A stretch of DNA of 64,000 nucleotides from NCBI GenBank assembly GCA_050290185.1, contig JBNKHE010000004.1, positions 1 to 64,000 on the forward strand. The letters run 5' to 3'. The notes under the pieces are model-generated. The model was not told the DNA's origin and did no database searches. It worked only from the letters and a program-made list of their open reading frames with translations. This document shows, piece after piece, positions 1 to 10,735 of this stretch (the first letter of the stretch is position 1; every line of letters starts with the position of its first letter). This stretch comes from Pontiella sp. (GTDB lineage Bacteria; Verrucomicrobiota; Kiritimatiellia; Kiritimatiellales; Pontiellaceae). Position numbers and translations under genes: made by a program.

Positions 1-159
1 GGTGCCTCATTGATTATATGACGGGTTAATCAACGCGTCTTGGAGGTTTTCCGCCTTTCATGTTTACTGACCCCGTTGCCTGACCCCGTTGCCCGTTGCC
101 GCTGCGCCTTGGTGGAGAGCAGGCTACAGACGGCGCGAATGGTGGTGAAGGGGTGACGG

Positions 160-345
160 TTACTTCCGATAAAACACGAGTGCCCCCTTCATTCCATTGC
201 TTTTTTGAGTCTCCTCGATTTTGAACACTTCCCACCCATTTTGGCTGTTAGCCTTCATGGTGTCTGCCAGATCGACTCCTGCATCAGGATTGTCAGCAAT
301 GGATGAAAAATCAGTGTGCGGAATAAATTCGATTTTATAGATCAT
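160..345 (-). CDS. small hypothetical protein, DUF4177-like
   Basis: 61 aa with the YKIEF...NGWEV...LVFYRK pattern typical of DUF4177 proteins; GGAGG RBS upstream; last gene of a tightly packed operon. Confidence 0.55.
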   Translation of the reverse strand: MIYKIEFIPHTDFSSIADNPDAGVDLADTMKANSQNGWEVFKIEETQKSNGMKGALVFYRK

Positions 346-358
346 ACCAATACCTCCG

Positions 359-1597
359 TTATTTCATGTTTTCATCATACCATAGAAGAAAGGATGTTTT
401 CTTTCGAGACTTCGCGGTGTCAATGGCATCAGCAACCTCATTAATCGTGGATGCTTTAGGCGAGTATATGCTGTTGTAGTAATTAATCACGGCAGTGGCG
501 TTAGTCGAATCTAGTGTCTTCAATTCAGAAATAAAGTTTGTAAATTCCAGGGAAGCTCGCACCGCGGCTTCTCTTGCGGTCTTCTTCTCCTCCTCCTTGA
601 TGGCCTTCTTGATGGCCTCGTCGGTTGCTTGGGCTTGCGGGTTTGCATCGTTGAGCATGGCGACGCGAACCCCTCGCCGCAACACCAGGTTTTCCGCCGG
701 CTCGCCCGTGGCAAAATACTGCAACCAGTCGATTTTCCCTGATTTCACATTGTCGGCTTTGATATTGCTTTGCAGGGAGGCAAAGAGGGATGGAACGTTT
801 ACGGTATAGCTTTTGTTTGTCGTAGTTGAACCGCCGTTTCTAGCTTTTTTGACTTCGATGTTTTCATGAACAATGACCGGCGCGATGGAGGCTTCTTTTC
901 GGTTGAATCCAAATTTTACCGCCGTTGGAGCCGTGCCCGTCCATTTGATGCTAGCACCCAACGAGGTGTCCGTGCCAAAAACCACCGGGCGAACCAGACC
1001 GGGGTCGGGAAGAGCCACCTTCACAGCTTTTTTCGGGAAGTAATCAGTAGGCGTGACTAGTCGCCATATTGCTATAAATGGGATTATAATGCGCTCATCC
1101 TTCAACCAAAACTTCGCCCAATCCACCCTCTCTACAGTTGGATGGTTGTCGAGCTCTAGTCCTTGGTATTGTTTGAACCCGTAATGATCTGTGTTGTTGG
1201 TATTTTTGACAACAACCGACCCTAAGTGATTGGATCCAAACGGCATGCCGGAGGCCACCGAACTGTTGTTCGTTACTAGCACCGCATCGGGATCGCTGTA
1301 CAGTGCGGTCAGCATAACAGATGCCGCGCCGAGGGCATAGGTGTGATCCGCTCCAAACGCAAAATTATAAAATGGATTACCTTTGCTTTTGAAGCTGGCG
1401 CTGGCGGGAATGGTCTTCCCTTCCTCGAAGGTCGGGGCGATGATGAATTCAGAGCGGTCAATGGATACTTCGGTGCGCGCCGGCGCCGTATCCATGTCGA
1501 CTCCCAAGTTGGAGCGGGTCACAAAAAGTACGCTATCGTGGCCGACGCATCCCTGAAGGAGCACAACGACTCCAATCCATGCATGTTTTATCTTCAT
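359..1597 (-). CDS. hypothetical lipoprotein
   Basis: 412 aa, lipobox LLQGC; two similar segments (VLFVTRSNLG / VVFGTDTSLG) and a QYFATG motif. Confidence 0.7.
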   Translation of the reverse strand: MKIKHAWIGVVVLLQGCVGHDSVLFVTRSNLGVDMDTAPARTEVSIDRSEFIIAPTFEEGKTIPASASFKSKGNPFYNFAFGADHTYALGAASVMLTALYSDPDAVLVTNNSSVASGMPFGSNHLGSVVVKNTNNTDHYGFKQYQGLELDNHPTVERVDWAKFWLKDERIIIPFIAIWRLVTPTDYFPKKAVKVALPDPGLVRPVVFGTDTSLGASIKWTGTAPTAVKFGFNRKEASIAPVIVHENIEVKKARNGGSTTTNKSYTVNVPSLFASLQSNIKADNVKSGKIDWLQYFATGEPAENLVLRRGVRVAMLNDANPQAQATDEAIKKAIKEEEKKTAREAAVRASLEFTNFISELKTLDSTNATAVINYYNSIYSPKASTINEVADAIDTAKSRKKTSFLLWYDENMK

Positions 1598-1600
1598 GGT

Positions 1601-1984
1601 CTATTCCTTTCCTGTCTTGGCAGTTTCCGTAGTTTCCGTTTCGATTTTAAAGGGGGGCAGACTTCCGAAATGGATATCGAATGGATCTCGGCTGGGCCAT
1701 TCCAGCCTCAGGCTTGCGTCGTCATAGAGCAAGAGTTCCGTATTCCTGCACCATCCGGCCGTCAAATATCTCTGACTGGATCCTAGGCCGACTCCCAATC
1801 CAAGGGTGTCCACACCCGTGTAAACAGCGGACTTGCCTTCATTGGATGGGGGTACGCGCACCCGCATGTGACCAAACCCATAAAGGTGGGTTGTTCCGGT
1901 TTCCCGGTCAACATACTGGAGTGCACACCCCGCGACCAGCGCGGATACAAGACCCAAAACCATCCATGACAGTATTTTAAACAT
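1601..1984 (-). CDS. hypothetical lipoprotein
   Basis: 127 aa, lipobox LVAGC; overlaps the upstream gene by 8 nt and ends 3 nt before the next start. Confidence 0.65.
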   Translation of the reverse strand: MFKILSWMVLGLVSALVAGCALQYVDRETGTTHLYGFGHMRVRVPPSNEGKSAVYTGVDTLGLGVGLGSSQRYLTAGWCRNTELLLYDDASLRLEWPSRDPFDIHFGSLPPFKIETETTETAKTGKE

Positions 1985-2819
1985 TCCAAAGTGAGCGGAT
2001 GTATTTCAGGTAGGCGGTTTTGCTGTAGGTTTTGCCTTGGTGGATGCGTAGATAGTCGAGCACCAGCTTGTAGGCGATGGGTTTGATGGCGTTATTATCT
2101 TCCCAGTAGCCGATATGGCTGATGGGATTCCCCATGCTGATTACGCCGCCGATTTCCGTGACATAGTCCATGTCAACGGCGGCCTTGTAATGTGGGTTCA
2201 GTTCCCGTAGCGGATATCCAATGATGTCTTCGTCATCGAGAATATTGATCCACGCTCCATTGGGGCGTTCGATCTGCACCGGGCGGTCGGCGTTGGCCGG
2301 ATCGCCATAGCGCAAAGCCCAAACTGCAAGAGGCGACCCCAAGGTAAACAGGTTGGTTGCCGTCAGTTCGGCTGCATGGTCGTAAAGATAGTTGGAAGCA
2401 ACGATCGTACCCAAACTGTGCGTCACAAACGTAAATTCCAACTCGTCGTTTGCATATTCCTCTTTGACGGCATCAACCGTGGACTGCACCCTCCCGTCAA
2501 TCTCGTGGTAAACCTCGTCGCCCTCCCCGGTCTTCTGGTATGCAATGGCGTCTCCGGCGAAAGAGACCAGGAATTTGCGCAACTTGACCATATCCAGATC
2601 ATGCTTGCTATTCACCCGCCGCCACAATTCCGCCTGGGGACCGGAGGTGATCGGAGCCCACAGGACTTCCCGGCAGATGAGATCCGGCGGGGATAGGGAG
2701 GCATCCTTTTTCTTGAGCAACGCAGCAAAGGTATCCTGAAGTTTTTCCGCGCTCTTGTGGGAGTAGCCGGCTTTCTGCTCGCCGATGCCGTGAAGGTAGA
2801 TGACCGCTTGTTTCTTCAT
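1977..2819 (-). CDS. alpha/beta-hydrolase fold protein
   Basis: YLHGIG oxyanion motif, THSLG nucleophile elbow, FTLGSP, DIIG and C-terminal H-x-x-YW; AAGGAA RBS. Confidence 0.8.
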   Translation of the reverse strand: MKKQAVIYLHGIGEQKAGYSHKSAEKLQDTFAALLKKKDASLSPPDLICREVLWAPITSGPQAELWRRVNSKHDLDMVKLRKFLVSFAGDAIAYQKTGEGDEVYHEIDGRVQSTVDAVKEEYANDELEFTFVTHSLGTIVASNYLYDHAAELTATNLFTLGSPLAVWALRYGDPANADRPVQIERPNGAWINILDDEDIIGYPLRELNPHYKAAVDMDYVTEIGGVISMGNPISHIGYWEDNNAIKPIAYKLVLDYLRIHQGKTYSKTAYLKYIRSLWNV

Positions 2820-3368
2820 TCAATTCCTTTTGGTTTTGGAATGACTACCTGAACAAATCGAATGTGTTCGTATACCTTTGAATCACGGCTGTCAAAATAG
2901 TTTCTTGAAAATGTATTTACGTACTTTTCGTACGTCTTTTTTTTCAACGCATCCATCATCACCTCAACATTTTACAGCGTTTTAATACGGACTACTTATA
3001 CGCATATTTATCCGCATATCGGAACTGGAATGGGGGAAAAGATCTGAAATCAGGAAATAGGGTTGGTCGACATTTCGACATAACTCGAGTGCGGTTTTCG
3101 GCGATGCGAGAGAATTTGAATGAGGGTTGTTGGGAGCTTGGAGCGGGTAAAGGGGGCGTCGTTTTTAGGATTCTCGACTCCAACGATCAACATGTTGCTC
3201 GCTAATTTCATCAGAGGCTGATTTTCTGATCACCCATGCAGCCGGGCCGAAGGCCAAGCCGGAAGAGAAACAACCGGATCCGAATAGGTCAAACGGCCAG
3301 TCCGAGTGGCCATATGTTAAACGGAAATGGCTTCTCCACATATGGGAGCAGACCGGAGTCTGAACACC

Positions 3369-4004
3369 TCACGTGAAAAAGAAGCGACGCACTCCCAGCA
3401 CTCCTCCGCCGAACAGGCAGCAAAGAGTGATGGCTGCGGGTTCGGGAATGGCATACGCCTCCACATTATCAATTCCATGCCACGCAGATGCCCCGGTGCC
3501 AACCACCGTGAACGTGGTGAATCCCGTCGAGGACACGAAACCACGGAACTCAGTCGCATCGGAAGAAGGCAAGCTATAGGTGCCCTCTTCCACCCCGTCG
3601 ACCCAGATAGCGACATTGATTCCAAGAGCTGAACTATGGGGATTGATATCAAACCCCAGCGCACGAATGGGGCTGCTGAATGTGAATACATGATAGCTGT
3701 TGGTGGAACCATCGAGCAGGCTTCTTGCATAACCAGAGCCATCAATGGTGGTTGACGCATTCCCGTTCGGGAAGGCATTCAAGGAAGGTCCGGAAAGCGT
3801 ATAGGAACCCCGATCAATAACGCCCGCAACTTTGCTGCCGGCATTCAGGTTATCCACAATATCGCCAGCGCCTCCTCCTGCCGCCGTCTCCCATACCGCT
3901 CGGTCGCTGAAACCTACAAGTGTTGCCTCCGTTTCAGTGCCTAAGAAAAAGACCAACAAGAAAATGCCCAACATAAGTCCGCACAGATTCTTTCCGGGTT
4001 TCAT
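3369..4004 (-). CDS. PEP-CTERM sorting-domain protein
   Basis: Signal peptide; C-terminal IPEPAAITL, TM helix and RR. Confidence 0.85.
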   Translation of the reverse strand: MKPGKNLCGLMLGIFLLVFFLGTETEATLVGFSDRAVWETAAGGGAGDIVDNLNAGSKVAGVIDRGSYTLSGPSLNAFPNGNASTTIDGSGYARSLLDGSTNSYHVFTFSSPIRALGFDINPHSSALGINVAIWVDGVEEGTYSLPSSDATEFRGFVSSTGFTTFTVVGTGASAWHGIDNVEAYAIPEPAAITLCCLFGGGVLGVRRFFFT

Positions 4005-4756
4005 GATCAGATCTCCATTCATATTTACGTGCTATACGTTGTGTCGCGGACAATCGCAGGACTGTGGCACAAGCATATGGGACACCCACAGTCTTATTAT
4101 GATTTTTTAAATCACATCAAGGCGTGCAGAGAAAGAGTACCGTGAGATTGGCCAATGCGATCGACCGGTCACGGACTGAAAGGATGCTAAACATGTTTGC
4201 GACCATCTCCCACACAAATTTCGAGCTCCTCAGAACTGGATGTGCAATGCTTATTGCATGAAAAAGCAACGGCTCCTCATCACTGGCTGGATGCTCCTTT
4301 TGTCATGCCGACTTCCTGCGAAAGAAATGCAAAGCATGACGCCGACGGCCCGGCTATCCAAGAAAATGACAAAACGGCACGATTAATGGCATAAGAAGAG
4401 CCATACTGAATTCCTAAGACTCAAGCCAATAACCAAGGGACAAGATACAGGATCATACCAACGTCGGGCGAGACGGTCATGCGCAGGATGGGATCTCTTG
4501 AAACAGGGCGGTCGTGGCACGGGCGGAGCAACCGGGATGACATTCTGATATGTTCCCAACCAGGGGGGCCATGGAATGCGACGAGGGCGTCGCTTCCATG
4601 TTGACAGATTCCCAGACATCGGAACGTGGACAAAAACTTAGGGTTTCTCTGCCGTGACATTTCCCCCGGACTATTGCAATGTCCCTCACTTTACGAGTTA
4701 TGAGCCTTTATGCTCATCGTTCGATTAGCAAATTTTAAATAATAGGGACGCGAATT

Positions 4757-5590
4757 ATGCTTTCACTTCTAATTTCATTACTGGTTTCAACCGGACTGGC
4801 TGTCGGGTTGCCCGCAGTGGGTGTAAACAAGGGCACCACGATCTTCTTCAGCATTGTCGGATTTATTGCAGCGTTTTATCTGGTCGGGTTTCTGGTCCGC
4901 AAACGGATTGCGAAGGTCCAGAAAGAGCTCGAGGATATCATGAAAACCGCCCAGCAGCGGATGCAGCGCAAGGTTCAGCAGTTCCAGACCAGGCCCGGCG
5001 GAAATATTAAGCTGCTGCAACGCCAGATGGAGGCGGATCAAAAGGTCGTTTATCAGCAGGGTCTTGATTTTACCGAGCGCCTTGAGCCCTTCCGGAAGTG
5101 GTCGTTGATGATGGGCCGGCAGATTGCGACCATGCGCATGCAGTTTCTCTACCAGCTCAAGGAATTTGAGCAGGTCGATGAGATTCTTAACGCGAGCGGT
5201 CTGTTTTCAGGCCCGTTGATGATGGAATCCATGACCGTGGCGATGAAAATGGCGCGCCAGTATAAGAACAAGGATGTGGCCGGGGCAGAAAAAACCTTCA
5301 AGCGCCGCATTAAATGGTTCAGGGGCGATCGCGGCACCCTGCTCTACGGCCTGATGACCTGGATTCTGGTCAAGGAGGGTAAAACCGACGAAGCGCGCGA
5401 TCTTTTGCTTAAAGCGAAGGATGCGACATACAATGAGACCTTCACCCGCAACTGGGAACAACTCTCCAACGGCCGGGTCAAAAGTTTCTCCAACGAGGGG
5501 CTGGGCGATCAATGGTACGGCCTCTATCTGGAAAATCCGCCGCAGCCCAAGCAGCAGCGCGTGCGCGGAAATAAAGGACGCGGATTCTAG
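4757..5590 (+). CDS. membrane-anchored hypothetical protein with TPR-like C-terminus
   Basis: Two N-terminal TM segments, a coiled coil and helical repeats. Confidence 0.7.
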   Translation: MLSLLISLLVSTGLAVGLPAVGVNKGTTIFFSIVGFIAAFYLVGFLVRKRIAKVQKELEDIMKTAQQRMQRKVQQFQTRPGGNIKLLQRQMEADQKVVYQQGLDFTERLEPFRKWSLMMGRQIATMRMQFLYQLKEFEQVDEILNASGLFSGPLMMESMTVAMKMARQYKNKDVAGAEKTFKRRIKWFRGDRGTLLYGLMTWILVKEGKTDEARDLLLKAKDATYNETFTRNWEQLSNGRVKSFSNEGLGDQWYGLYLENPPQPKQQRVRGNKGRGF

Positions 5591-5634
5591 CGGCCGTCCA
5601 ACGCCCGGGGATTATCCCGGGAAAAGGTCGAACG

Positions 5635-6087
5635 ATGAATAGTCAGGCCAGATATGAGCAGCTTTTCGGCACGCTGGATTCCTTATGCCAGGACGAGCCC
5701 GATATTATCGCGCTCATGGCCTCGATTGCCTGCGAACTCTACCATGCGTTTGATCGCTTCAATTGGGTGGGATTTTATAGAAATATCGATGGTGCCTGCC
5801 TGAAGGTCGGCCCCTACCAAGGCACGCACGGATGCCTTACTATCCCTTTCTCCAAAGGAGTTTGCGGAGCGTGCGCGCGTGAAAAGAAGATACAGCATGT
5901 GCCCGATGTCGCTGCGGTTGCCGATCACATCGCCTGCTCCACCACCACCCGCTCGGAATTGGTGATCCCCATGCTCTCAAATACGGGTGAATTGCTGGGA
6001 GTCCTGGATATCGACTCGGACACGCTGAATGCCTTCGATTCAACCGATCTGGCGGAACTCCCGAAAATAAACCGCTATTTCCAGTAG
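5635..6087 (+). CDS. msrC: GAF-domain free methionine-R-sulfoxide reductase
   Basis: NWVGFY, GPYQG..GC..I...KGVCG, HIAC...SE, LGVLDIDS motifs. Confidence 0.85.
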   Translation: MNSQARYEQLFGTLDSLCQDEPDIIALMASIACELYHAFDRFNWVGFYRNIDGACLKVGPYQGTHGCLTIPFSKGVCGACAREKKIQHVPDVAAVADHIACSTTTRSELVIPMLSNTGELLGVLDIDSDTLNAFDSTDLAELPKINRYFQ

Positions 6088-6170
6088 GCGCCGATGCATC
6101 CCTCCCCTCTTTGAACACCCCAATCCCGCACTCATCACCCAATCAACCTTTAAAATACAGGCCTACTATT

Positions 6171-6842
6171 ATGAATCCATGGATCTTACTCGACGAAGTC
6201 ACCGTGCCGGAAAACGGCGGCACCATGAAGCTGTTCCAGCGTGCATTTGAGTTTTCGATTTCGGTCAATAACGAGGAACTGATGAACAGCCGGATGCATG
6301 GTTCGGAGGATGCGCTGGCGGAACTGGCCTGCAAAAGGGTGGCGGACCGGGAAACGCCACGGGTGTTGATCGGCGGACTGGGCATGGGCTTTACGTTGAG
6401 CGCTGCATTGGCGAATCTGGGCGCAAAGGCCGAGGTGGTCGTGGCCGAGCTGGTTCCCGCCGTGGTCCAATGGAACCGCACCCATCTGGCGGAACTCGCG
6501 GGACGCCCGCTCGACGATCCGCGCGTAAAAGTGAGAGAGTTGGACGTGCGGCTGGTGATCAAGCAAGGCAAAGGCAACTTCGATGCCATCTTGCTGGATG
6601 TCGACAACGGGCCAGATGGACTGACGCATGAAGGCAACGACCGTCTGTACACGCACGGAGGTCTGTCCGCCGCCAAAGCGGCTCTCAAGCCGGGAGGTAT
6701 TCTGGGAGTGTGGTCGGCCGAGCCGGATAAGTCGTTTTCCAAACGGCTGCGGGGTTCCGGGTTCAAGATGGAGGAAGTAACGGTGCGTGCCCGCGGCAAA
6801 CGCGGCGGACGACGGCACACCATTTGGCTTGCTGAAAAATAA
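6171..6842 (+). CDS. spermidine synthase-like SAM-dependent methyltransferase
   Basis: VLIGGLGMGFT SAM-binding motif, FDAILLDVDNGP. Confidence 0.8.
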   Translation: MNPWILLDEVTVPENGGTMKLFQRAFEFSISVNNEELMNSRMHGSEDALAELACKRVADRETPRVLIGGLGMGFTLSAALANLGAKAEVVVAELVPAVVQWNRTHLAELAGRPLDDPRVKVRELDVRLVIKQGKGNFDAILLDVDNGPDGLTHEGNDRLYTHGGLSAAKAALKPGGILGVWSAEPDKSFSKRLRGSGFKMEEVTVRARGKRGGRRHTIWLAEK

Positions 6843-6921
6843 TTTTCTCTCGTAAAGGGTTTCCGTGCTTTGATTTGATGTGGGATTGAACACGTTCTGG
6901 CAATATCTGTCGAAGATTGCC

Positions 6922-7236
6922 ATGAAAAAGACCCGAGTAACTATTCCATGGAAACAAGGATTGCATGTCCGGCCGGCCGCCAAGCTGGTTCATCTTGCAA
7001 ACAGCCATAAATCATCCATCCGCCTCAAGGTGAACGGAAAAATCGCCGATGCCAGGAGTATTATCTCCATCATGCTGCTCTGTGCCACTTTCGGCGCCCT
7101 GCTTGAGGTTGAAGTGAATGGTGAGGATGAATTCTTGGCTGCTTCTGCCATCGAACAGTTTTTCGAAGCCGACGACGCCCCCGCGGATACGTTGACGACC
7201 AACGGTTCCTCGGAGGAGAACAGGATTGAGGAATAA
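6922..7236 (+). CDS. HPr family phosphocarrier protein
   Basis: GLHVRPA (His15 motif) and DARSIISIM (Ser46 motif). Confidence 0.9.
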   Translation: MKKTRVTIPWKQGLHVRPAAKLVHLANSHKSSIRLKVNGKIADARSIISIMLLCATFGALLEVEVNGEDEFLAASAIEQFFEADDAPADTLTTNGSSEENRIEE

Positions 7237-7563
7237 AGCCAGCAGGTGCTCCTGTTACGAAATTCTCCTGAAAAAAATATTCCCTCGTAGCATCCAAATA
7301 ACAACGGATATCGCGCCTCTCACGCCAGCACTGGCGGTAGACGCTTCCTTCGGATATCAGCCCAGATGAGACCGTAACTTGATCGATCCGTTCCGGCCTA
7401 GTTCAGGTCCCCATAGCGCCAGGAAACAAGTCTACTTCAACTCGCTTAAGAGCATATAAAACCCGTATCAAGATAGTATTTTTTACTAGATAAAATAATA
7501 AAACAACGGTATATATTATGTGGATTTAATTCGGTTGTTTGCATTAATCCCCAGCCGATTTAG

Positions 7564-7965
7564 ATGCAGAGGGTGATTACCGTGAACTACACATTCAGAA
7601 TGGATGAGCAAACACAGACCGTGGTGGTGGCCATCCCCTGTATTCTACTTACGCTGGAGATCAGGAAAGAAATATTACTGGGTGTGGCGCGCAGCCTAAA
7701 GAATTTCCATTTTACAAAGGTTCTAATTGACCTAACCGCCGCCTCCTGCCAGCAGGATGAACCCATGACCGGAGCACTGGAACTGGTCAATTTCATGAGA
7801 ACACTTGGCATACCTCCCCACACGAAACTTGCATTCGTCTGCCCGGAAACAAATGAATACCGGCACTACTTTGAGGATGTCGCTCAAATTGATGGATGGA
7901 ATCTCCAGTACTTTCCCGATCCCCAGACGGCGACAACATGGCTGGCACATCCGCGGGCAGACTAA
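7564..7965 (+). CDS. hypothetical protein, SpoIIAA/STAS-SEC14-like
   Basis: 133 aa with KVLIDL...KLAFV...YF.D...A..WL pattern. Confidence 0.5.
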   Translation: MQRVITVNYTFRMDEQTQTVVVAIPCILLTLEIRKEILLGVARSLKNFHFTKVLIDLTAASCQQDEPMTGALELVNFMRTLGIPPHTKLAFVCPETNEYRHYFEDVAQIDGWNLQYFPDPQTATTWLAHPRAD

Positions 7966-7977
7966 TCACCGACGATT

Positions 7978-9411
7978 TCAGCCGCCTAGCATAACGCGGA
8001 CAACATCGGCGGCAGAATAGTCGAGCAGGCCGGCCGGGCAGAAGCGCCCGATATCCACGAGGTCATCCCCCATGGTGATGAGGCATTTTTCGTCGGAACC
8101 ATCGGGCAGGCGTTGCGGCATACCGATATTGGCGGCGAGGGCATTGCACAGACACTTCCGCCCCACGGTATCTTCTTCCTGCCCGCCCTTGGCCACATAG
8201 GCCGCAACGGGTTCGGCGGAGCATCGGTAGCCGACTTTTCCGTCGGGCCGACGATAGGGCTGCCGCAGAAAGCCAATGTCACAGATCCGGCGGCGCTGCC
8301 GGTAGACCGTTTCTTCAGAGAGACTGCCGGCGAGGTCGGCAACCTTGAACGGGAAGCCGGTGGGTGATGCCTGGGGGTCGGTAAAGATGTTCGCCTTGCC
8401 GGCCAGCGCCTCCTGAACCAGTTCACGACGCACAGAGGAAAGCAGTCCGGATTCCCGGCATAGCGCGAAGGCCGTTCCGGCCTGCACACCGGCAGCACCT
8501 TCGTCCAGTGCGCGCTGCAGACCTTCGGGCGATCCATACTGCCCTGCCAGCCAGAAGGGCAGGCCCATATCGCGGAAGGCCGCCAGGTTGGCGACATCGC
8601 GCGGCCCATAAACGGGTTCAGCATCGTCGCTGAACGTCATCTTTCCACGTGGCGGCGCATTGTGCCCACCCGCCACATTGCCTTCGACCACGAACCCTTC
8701 GATGCTTCCGCTCGCTTTCCGGAGAAGGATAGACGCCAGAGCTTCAGTCGATACAATCGGCAAAAAGTCAGGCCTAACCAACGGCTCCGGCAAGGTCGCA
8801 TCCTCGATGAACATTGCGGGATCGAAGGTCAGGTTGAAGACTTCGTTGCCACCATCGGCTCCGGTGATATTGATGGGATAGTCAACAGGTTCATGGTGCA
8901 CCAGTGTATCCAGAATGCCCGGTATAGCCAGGGGGATGCCAGCGCCCATGATGACCACTGCGGCGCCTGCCAGCATGGCGCCATAGATGGAGGGCAGGTG
9001 CGGAATCTGGATTTTCTCAAGATAATTGATGCCGACCGGATTGGAATGCCCTTCCCGCGCAAGAAAGACCTCTACAAAATTGCCTACAATGCATAGCTCC
9101 AGCGATTCGCGACAACTTTCGAGGCTGTGCATGGGTACTTTCCGGAATGGCTCGCCTTCCGACAATCCGCCGGGAACGAAAAAGGCATCGAGGATCCGAT
9201 CCGCCATACCGGTAAACGGGAAATGCTTAAGCGCACGGCAAACATGGCCGCCCGGATCTCCGGCCTGAAGCTTACGTGCCACGACCACATCGAGCGCCGT
9301 CCCGGATACGACACCCAGCTGGCCGAGCTCCGATACCGCCCGGGCAAGCCGCCAGTCCGATATGCCAAAGCCCATGCCGCCCTGAATAATTTTTGGAGCT
9401 TTCATCTTCAT
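7978..9411 (-). CDS. nitronate monooxygenase family flavoprotein
   Basis: IIQGGMG, VEG..AGGH, GVQAGTAF...ES motifs. Confidence 0.85.
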   Translation of the reverse strand: MKMKAPKIIQGGMGFGISDWRLARAVSELGQLGVVSGTALDVVVARKLQAGDPGGHVCRALKHFPFTGMADRILDAFFVPGGLSEGEPFRKVPMHSLESCRESLELCIVGNFVEVFLAREGHSNPVGINYLEKIQIPHLPSIYGAMLAGAAVVIMGAGIPLAIPGILDTLVHHEPVDYPINITGADGGNEVFNLTFDPAMFIEDATLPEPLVRPDFLPIVSTEALASILLRKASGSIEGFVVEGNVAGGHNAPPRGKMTFSDDAEPVYGPRDVANLAAFRDMGLPFWLAGQYGSPEGLQRALDEGAAGVQAGTAFALCRESGLLSSVRRELVQEALAGKANIFTDPQASPTGFPFKVADLAGSLSEETVYRQRRRICDIGFLRQPYRRPDGKVGYRCSAEPVAAYVAKGGQEEDTVGRKCLCNALAANIGMPQRLPDGSDEKCLITMGDDLVDIGRFCPAGLLDYSAADVVRVMLGG

Positions 9412-9500
9412 CGCTTATAAACATGATACTTCACTACGGAAATAGCCATACAAAACAGACGTGAGACGGTCGATTCTGATGGATCGTTTGGAATGGGTTC

Positions 9501-10487
9501 CTAATAGGATCCGCGAATGTGATCGAAGACCTCGGTACGGTAAAAGCCGGCGAGTGCGCGGTGGAGATCGTCAGACAACGGAGGCACGTCGGCAATTGCG
9601 GCGTTTGATTTGGCCTGCGCAGGCGAACTGGCGCCCGGAATGATCGTACTGACCGCATCGTGGTCGAGCACCCAACGCAACGCCAGTTGCGCCATCGTTA
9701 ACGATTCCGGCACAAAGTCCCGTTTGATCGCATCGGCGAGCTCCACGCCTTTTTCGAACGGTAGCCCGGCAAAGGTTTCGCCGACATTGAAGCAGGCACC
9801 GTCACGGTTGAAGTTGCGGTGGTCATTTTCTGCGAACTGCGTTTCCCTGGTAAACTTACCGGTCAGCAGACCGCTGGCCAACGGAAGGCGCACGATGATG
9901 CCGACGCCCTTGTCTTGCGCCTGCGGAAACAGTTCCTGAACCAGTTTTTGCCGGAAAACATTGAAGATAACCTGCAACGCGGCGATCCCCTCCTGTTCCA
10001 GGCAAAGCAACCCTTCTTCAACGCTCTCCACACTGGCGCCGAAAGCTTTGACGAGCCCTTCATTTCTGAGCGTACGCAACCACTCGAACACATCTCCTTG
10101 ACGCAGGGCGTCCATGGGAATGCAGTGCAACTGCAGAAGATCGAGCGAATCGACGCCCAGCCGCTCCAGGGAGCCTTCGACCGATTTGCGCAGGGCCGTT
10201 TCGGTGTAACGGTCGGGATAGACCTCGCCGCTCCGTCCAAACTTGGTGGCCACACGCACCGGTGTTTCGCACTGTTTGAGAAATTCACCGATGATGGTTT
10301 CGCTTTTTCCGTCGCCGTATACATCGGCGGTATCGACGAAGCGGATACCCTGATCAACGGCAGCCTGCAATACTGCAAAACCGTCTTCGTTCGAGAACGA
10401 CTTCCCCCAGTCGGCTCCCAACTGCCAACACCCCAGCCCCACTTCTGTTGTTTCAAATCCGTTTGCACCCAGTTGCCGTGTTTTCAT
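9501..10487 (-). CDS. aldo/keto reductase
   Basis: GLGCWQ, DTADVYG, ATKFG, SLERL..D.LDL.QLH; start moved to MKTRQ after a GAAGGAG RBS. Confidence 0.9.
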   Translation of the reverse strand: MKTRQLGANGFETTEVGLGCWQLGADWGKSFSNEDGFAVLQAAVDQGIRFVDTADVYGDGKSETIIGEFLKQCETPVRVATKFGRSGEVYPDRYTETALRKSVEGSLERLGVDSLDLLQLHCIPMDALRQGDVFEWLRTLRNEGLVKAFGASVESVEEGLLCLEQEGIAALQVIFNVFRQKLVQELFPQAQDKGVGIIVRLPLASGLLTGKFTRETQFAENDHRNFNRDGACFNVGETFAGLPFEKGVELADAIKRDFVPESLTMAQLALRWVLDHDAVSTIIPGASSPAQAKSNAAIADVPPLSDDLHRALAGFYRTEVFDHIRGSY

Positions 10488-10519
10488 ATGCGTCTCCTTC
10501 GGCCATTGCGGCCCTTTAT

Positions 10520-10700
10520 AAAATCGATCTACTACAACACAGGCTTTCGTAGCCAAAATCAAGCGTAACGCAGGAGACGCTCTCCCCTTTGCCTGGCTTT
10601 TCAAGGGCCTTTTGCAATATCAGCCTTTTCCGCCACTCTCTAAAACCCATCCCGGTCTCTTGATAAAAAAACGCGAAAGCACCCGGGAACTGGCTCCGGC
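10520..10700 (-). pseudogene. AraC-family HTH remnant
   Basis: FYQETGMGFREWRKRL..QKALE....GESV..V.LDFGYES matches an AraC C-terminal domain; there is no room for an N-terminus between miaE and the AKR gene. Confidence 0.6.
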
Positions 10701-10735
10701 CCCCTCGACCATTCATCCAATCCCCGCTAGTCCGA

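Noticed and set aside
26..235. 69-aa ORF
   Set aside because: It overlaps the DUF4177-like gene and runs through short tandem repeats; no coding evidence.
4023..4756. Long intergenic region as an ncRNA or riboswitch
   Set aside because: I could not recognise a conserved RNA motif by eye; an Rfam search would be needed.
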